Source of the DNA: Paecilomyces variotii
Taxonomy: Eukaryota
NCBI GenBank assembly: GCA_004022145.1
Contig: RCNU01000012.1
Strand: one strand, 5' to 3'
Length of the DNA stretch: 64,000 nucleotides
Shown here: positions 60,608 through 64,000 of the stretch, piece after piece
Numbering within the stretch: the stretch's first letter is position 1
Layout of the letters: each line of letters begins with the position of its first letter
The notes under the pieces: generated by a model
The model's input: only the letters and a program-made list of their open reading frames with translations
What the model was told of the DNA's origin: nothing
Databases searched by the model: none
Position numbers and translations under genes: made by a program

Positions 60608-61038
60608 CGGTATTCATATGACGGAATGATTCATGGGAGTAAAGGTTTACACTTGGTCAATATGCAGAGTTTTGATAGATACGATAGATATATTCAATAT
60701 AATAAAGACTTGGGAACTCATCTGTAGCTTAAATCTGGTAGTTGTGCTGGAGGATCTGCTTGCCGCGTTACTAGGGATACCGTATTGTACAGTACGTGGA
60801 GCCGTGACAATACGTCACCTCAGCTAGAGCAAAGAGACGCATCCCACTGACAGCGCATGCTTGTAAGAGCCTCCCCCGCGTTATCTACTTGCAGGGAAAG
60901 TCTGACTTGCTGGTTTTTTCTAATTCTTCTCCGAAAGGAGCTTCGAGACTGACTGTTAGCTCTCCCCCGAACTTTCGTTGGCCATCGCTGCCGTGTCGAA
61001 CGCGCCTATTCCATTGAATACATCGGGCATCAACGACC

Positions 61039-61053
61039 ATGGCTACCGCCTAA
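61039..61053 (+). promoter_or_regulatory. Short uORF (MATA*) in strong context upstream of vac14
   Basis: ACC-ATG-GCT-ACC-GCC-TAA, ending 53 nt before the vac14 ATG. Confidence 0.4.
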
Positions 61054-61106
61054 AGACGAGACGAGTGCAGTCATCGCGATCGGAGTTTAGCATCTGATCT
61101 GAGGCA

Positions 61107-64000
61107 ATGGATCAGTTCGTTCAGCGCTTGTTGAACGACAAGCTATACGATAAGAGGAAACAAGGAGCTCTGGAGTACGCCGCATTTTGTTCTCCACCCT
61201 AGTGCAGCAGCTTTGAGACCTATCACTTACGTTATACATCCTTATTCAGGCTCGAGAGGATCGTTCGCGAAGCTGCGATAAAAGAAGACCATGAGAGAAT
61301 CCAGAAGATCATCGACCAGCTCTGCCACGACTATGCCTACGCCGTACACCAACCTCATGCCCGAAACGGCGGTCTGATCGGACTGGCCGCGGCCTCGATA
61401 GCATTGGGATCAGTGAGTGGATTGGATAATATACCGGGTCCTTATAGGGACATGAGACTGAGCTGTGCCATGCTAGGAAGGAGTAGCTCCTTATCTTCAA
61501 GAGATAGTGCCGCCTGTTCTGGCCTGTTTCACGGACCAGGATGCGCGCGTCAGGTACTATGCATGCGAAAGCATGTATAATATTGCGAAGGTGGCTAAGG
61601 GAGAGATTCTACTCTTCTTCAATGAGATTTTTGATGCGCTGTGCAAGGTGAGGATCTCGACGGGTCGTCTGTCTGCATACCGTTATACTCATGCGCTCGA
61701 GTGCTGCAGTTAGCTTCAGATTCGGAATTGTCCGTCAAGAATGGAGCAGAGCTTCTTGATCGCCTCGTAAAGGATATCGTGGCAGAATCCGCTGCTTCTT
61801 ACGTTTCTGTCCTAAATATTCCCGAGAAGAGTCTGCAGGATCCAGATGCAAGCTTGGAATCAGACGAACTATCGGCGGACCTGCCCACTGCTTTCTCCCT
61901 GGCTAAGTTCATACCACTCCTGAAGGAACGAATATATGTCATCAACCCTTTTACCCGCATGTTTCTTGTCTCATGGTTGACGCTGCTGGACACGATACCA
62001 GACTTGGAGCTGGTTAGCTACCTGCCCGCCTTCCTTGGCGGACTGATCAAGTTTCTAGGTGATCCGAACAAAGACGTCCATGTTGCTACCCAAAATCTTC
62101 TGGAGAGGTTCCTATCAGAGATCAAGCGCATCGCTCGTATTAAAAAGGGGATCGAAGAGAGTCGAAAGGGTCAAGAGAGCCAACACAATGCATCAGCTAC
62201 AAGTGACAGCGCCAGCATAGCACCTGATCAAGACCCTGACGCCGATAAGAGTGACAATGCCATTGTAGACTCTGACTCTGAAATCGACGATCACAACACA
62301 ACTACCGATGGGGATTGGATTCCAGGACAAGACGCAAACATTGAGTACCCTAAGATCCTGGAGATCCTGGTAGGATATGTCGACACGTCATTCGGTAAGT
62401 TCTATCAGGATTCACGTTGTTGTTGAATCTCCGCTGATATGTATATGGATATAGATGAAGAGATGCAATTGACTGCGCTTCGCTGGATAGATAGCTTCTT
62501 TGAAATCAGTCCCGAAGATATTCTGCAGTTCGTCCCGAGGCTTTTGACGCAGGTCCTCCCTGCTATGTCCAGCGGCTCAGACCAGGTGCGGCAGGCGGCG
62601 AACAGGGTCAACACATCCCTCATGGAGTATATTCTCTCTCTCCCTGATGAGGCCTCCCCTGAAGGCACTGGCCGGCAAGGCCCGACCTCCAAGGCACCTC
62701 CTCCAGTTGCTAAAGACGGTGGTGAGAAGAGATCGGGCACACCAAGCGGGCGACCATCTTCTGAGACAATCAGCATCGAAACAAAGGCTCAAGAATCGGG
62801 ACCGGAGACGAAAACTGAAGCGACGCCGCAAATCAGTCCTGCAGAAACTCCCCTTCCCCCGTCGGATCTCGATTACGCTGCGGCTGTGAATTCGCTGACC
62901 CTGCAATTCCTGAACGAGAACGAAGCCACTAGAGTCGCTGCTTTGTCATGGCTCATCATGCTACATCGGAAAGCGCCGCGAAAAGTTGTAGCCTTCAACG
63001 ATGGGACGTTTCCGGCTCTGCTCAAGACGCTGTCTGATCCTGCAGAAGCAGTGGTCACAAAGGATCTACAGCTCCTCTCTCAGATATCGAGAAACAGCGA
63101 AGACGGATACTTTACATCATTCATGGTGAATCTTCTTCAACTCTTTTCGACAGATAGGAGGCTGCTAGAGAATCGTGGAAATCTGATAATTCGCCAACTT
63201 TGCATGAACTTAAGTCCGGAGCGAATATACCGGACTTTGGCTGACTGTCTTGAAAAGGAAGAGGCATGTATCGATCTCTTTCTAGTAATCCATTTTCTAA
63301 CGATATCAGGATATCGAATTTGCCAGTATCATGGTTCAGAATCTGAACAACAACCTCATCACGGCACCTGAACTTACAGAGCTTAGGAAAAGATTGAGGA
63401 ACCTGGAGTCCAGAGTATGCTTGCTAAAGACACGTGTCTTCAGAATTGTCATACTAACCGAGACCACAGGAGGGCCAGATGTTTTTCGTTGCCTTATTCC
63501 GATCCTGGTGTCACAATGCGGTGTCGACATTCTCTCTGTGTCTTCTTGCACAAGCCTACGAACAGGCATATAATCTCCTTCAAGTCTTGTTAGTAGTTTC
63601 CGAGTGTGGATTGGATACATGCTTACTATTCTCTAGCGCGGAGCTCGAAATGACTGTCAACATACTAATCCAAATCGATAAACTGGTCCAACTGCTGGAG
63701 TCGCCAGTCTTCACCTGTGAGTACTCCTTTTTCTTTTCTTGTATGTCCATGAAAAGCAAACTAATTCGTCACAGACCTTCGCCTTCAGCTCCTGGAGCCT
63801 GAAAAGTACCCATATTTATACAAGTGTCTGTATGGAGTTCTCATGCTGCTGCCGCAAAGTTCGGCTTTCGCAGCTCTGAAGAACCGCCTGAACAGTGTGA
63901 GCAACATTGGGCTGCTCCATGCTGGACCCCGAGCGTACGTCAACCCTGCGATTAAGGCCCCATCCAGTTCTTCCCCGTCCCCCTTCAATAATCCTTTGAG
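61107..64000 (+). CDS. vac14: Vac14 PI(3,5)P2 regulatory complex scaffold (HEAT repeats), 3'-truncated
   Basis: LNDKLYDKRKQGALELE, ARNGGLIGLAA, DQDARVRYYACESMYNIAKV, SVKNGAELLDRLVKDIV, RGNLIIRQLC, QIDKLVQLLESPVF.YLRLQLLEP, LMLLPQSSAFAALKNRL. Confidence 0.96.

Noticed and set aside
1-64000. CRISPR arrays, rRNA genes, intact transposons
   Set aside because: No repeat-spacer arrays, rRNA-like sequence or transposase/reverse-transcriptase ORFs were seen.

Overview
This is gene-dense, intron-containing DNA from a filamentous ascomycete (Eurotiales/Aspergillus-like splice signals and proteins). It holds about 25 protein-coding genes, one intron-containing tRNA-Val(CAC) and one pseudogene. Most genes are conserved housekeeping genes: GCNA/SprT protease, Mog1, Hsp12, HAUS1, COG6, NIF3, BolA, Prx5, Skn7/SrrA, eIF2B-epsilon, Ariadne RBR ligase, mitoferrin, a spastin-like AAA ATPase, uS17m, TPS1, LACTB2, aconitase, BUD20, a mitochondrial carrier, RAD54 and VAC14. 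The best candidate for an undescribed system is an accessory-looking block at about 27.0-32.0 kb. It contains an intronless, divergent 2,3-dihydroxybenzoate-decarboxylase-like amidohydrolase, an intronless bacterial-type DUF1338/HglS 2-oxoadipate dioxygenase-decarboxylase, and a frameshifted MFS transporter remnant. The HglS promoter carries three perfect TCCRNYGGA elements within 90 bp, matching the yeast Lys14/UAS-LYS core. Other notable signals are a probable ACG-initiated, NLS-bearing N-terminal extension of the Ariadne ligase, a RAD54 start codon split by an intron at a CAGCAG acceptor, and dual-ATG mitochondrial/cytosolic isoforms of the divergent NIF3/BolA pair. There is also a long structured intron in Mog1, HapX/CBC and SreA-type iron motifs upstream of aconitase and mitoferrin, and an orphan membrane-hairpin protein. 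All calls come from reading the sequence and recalled family motifs; no database searches were run.
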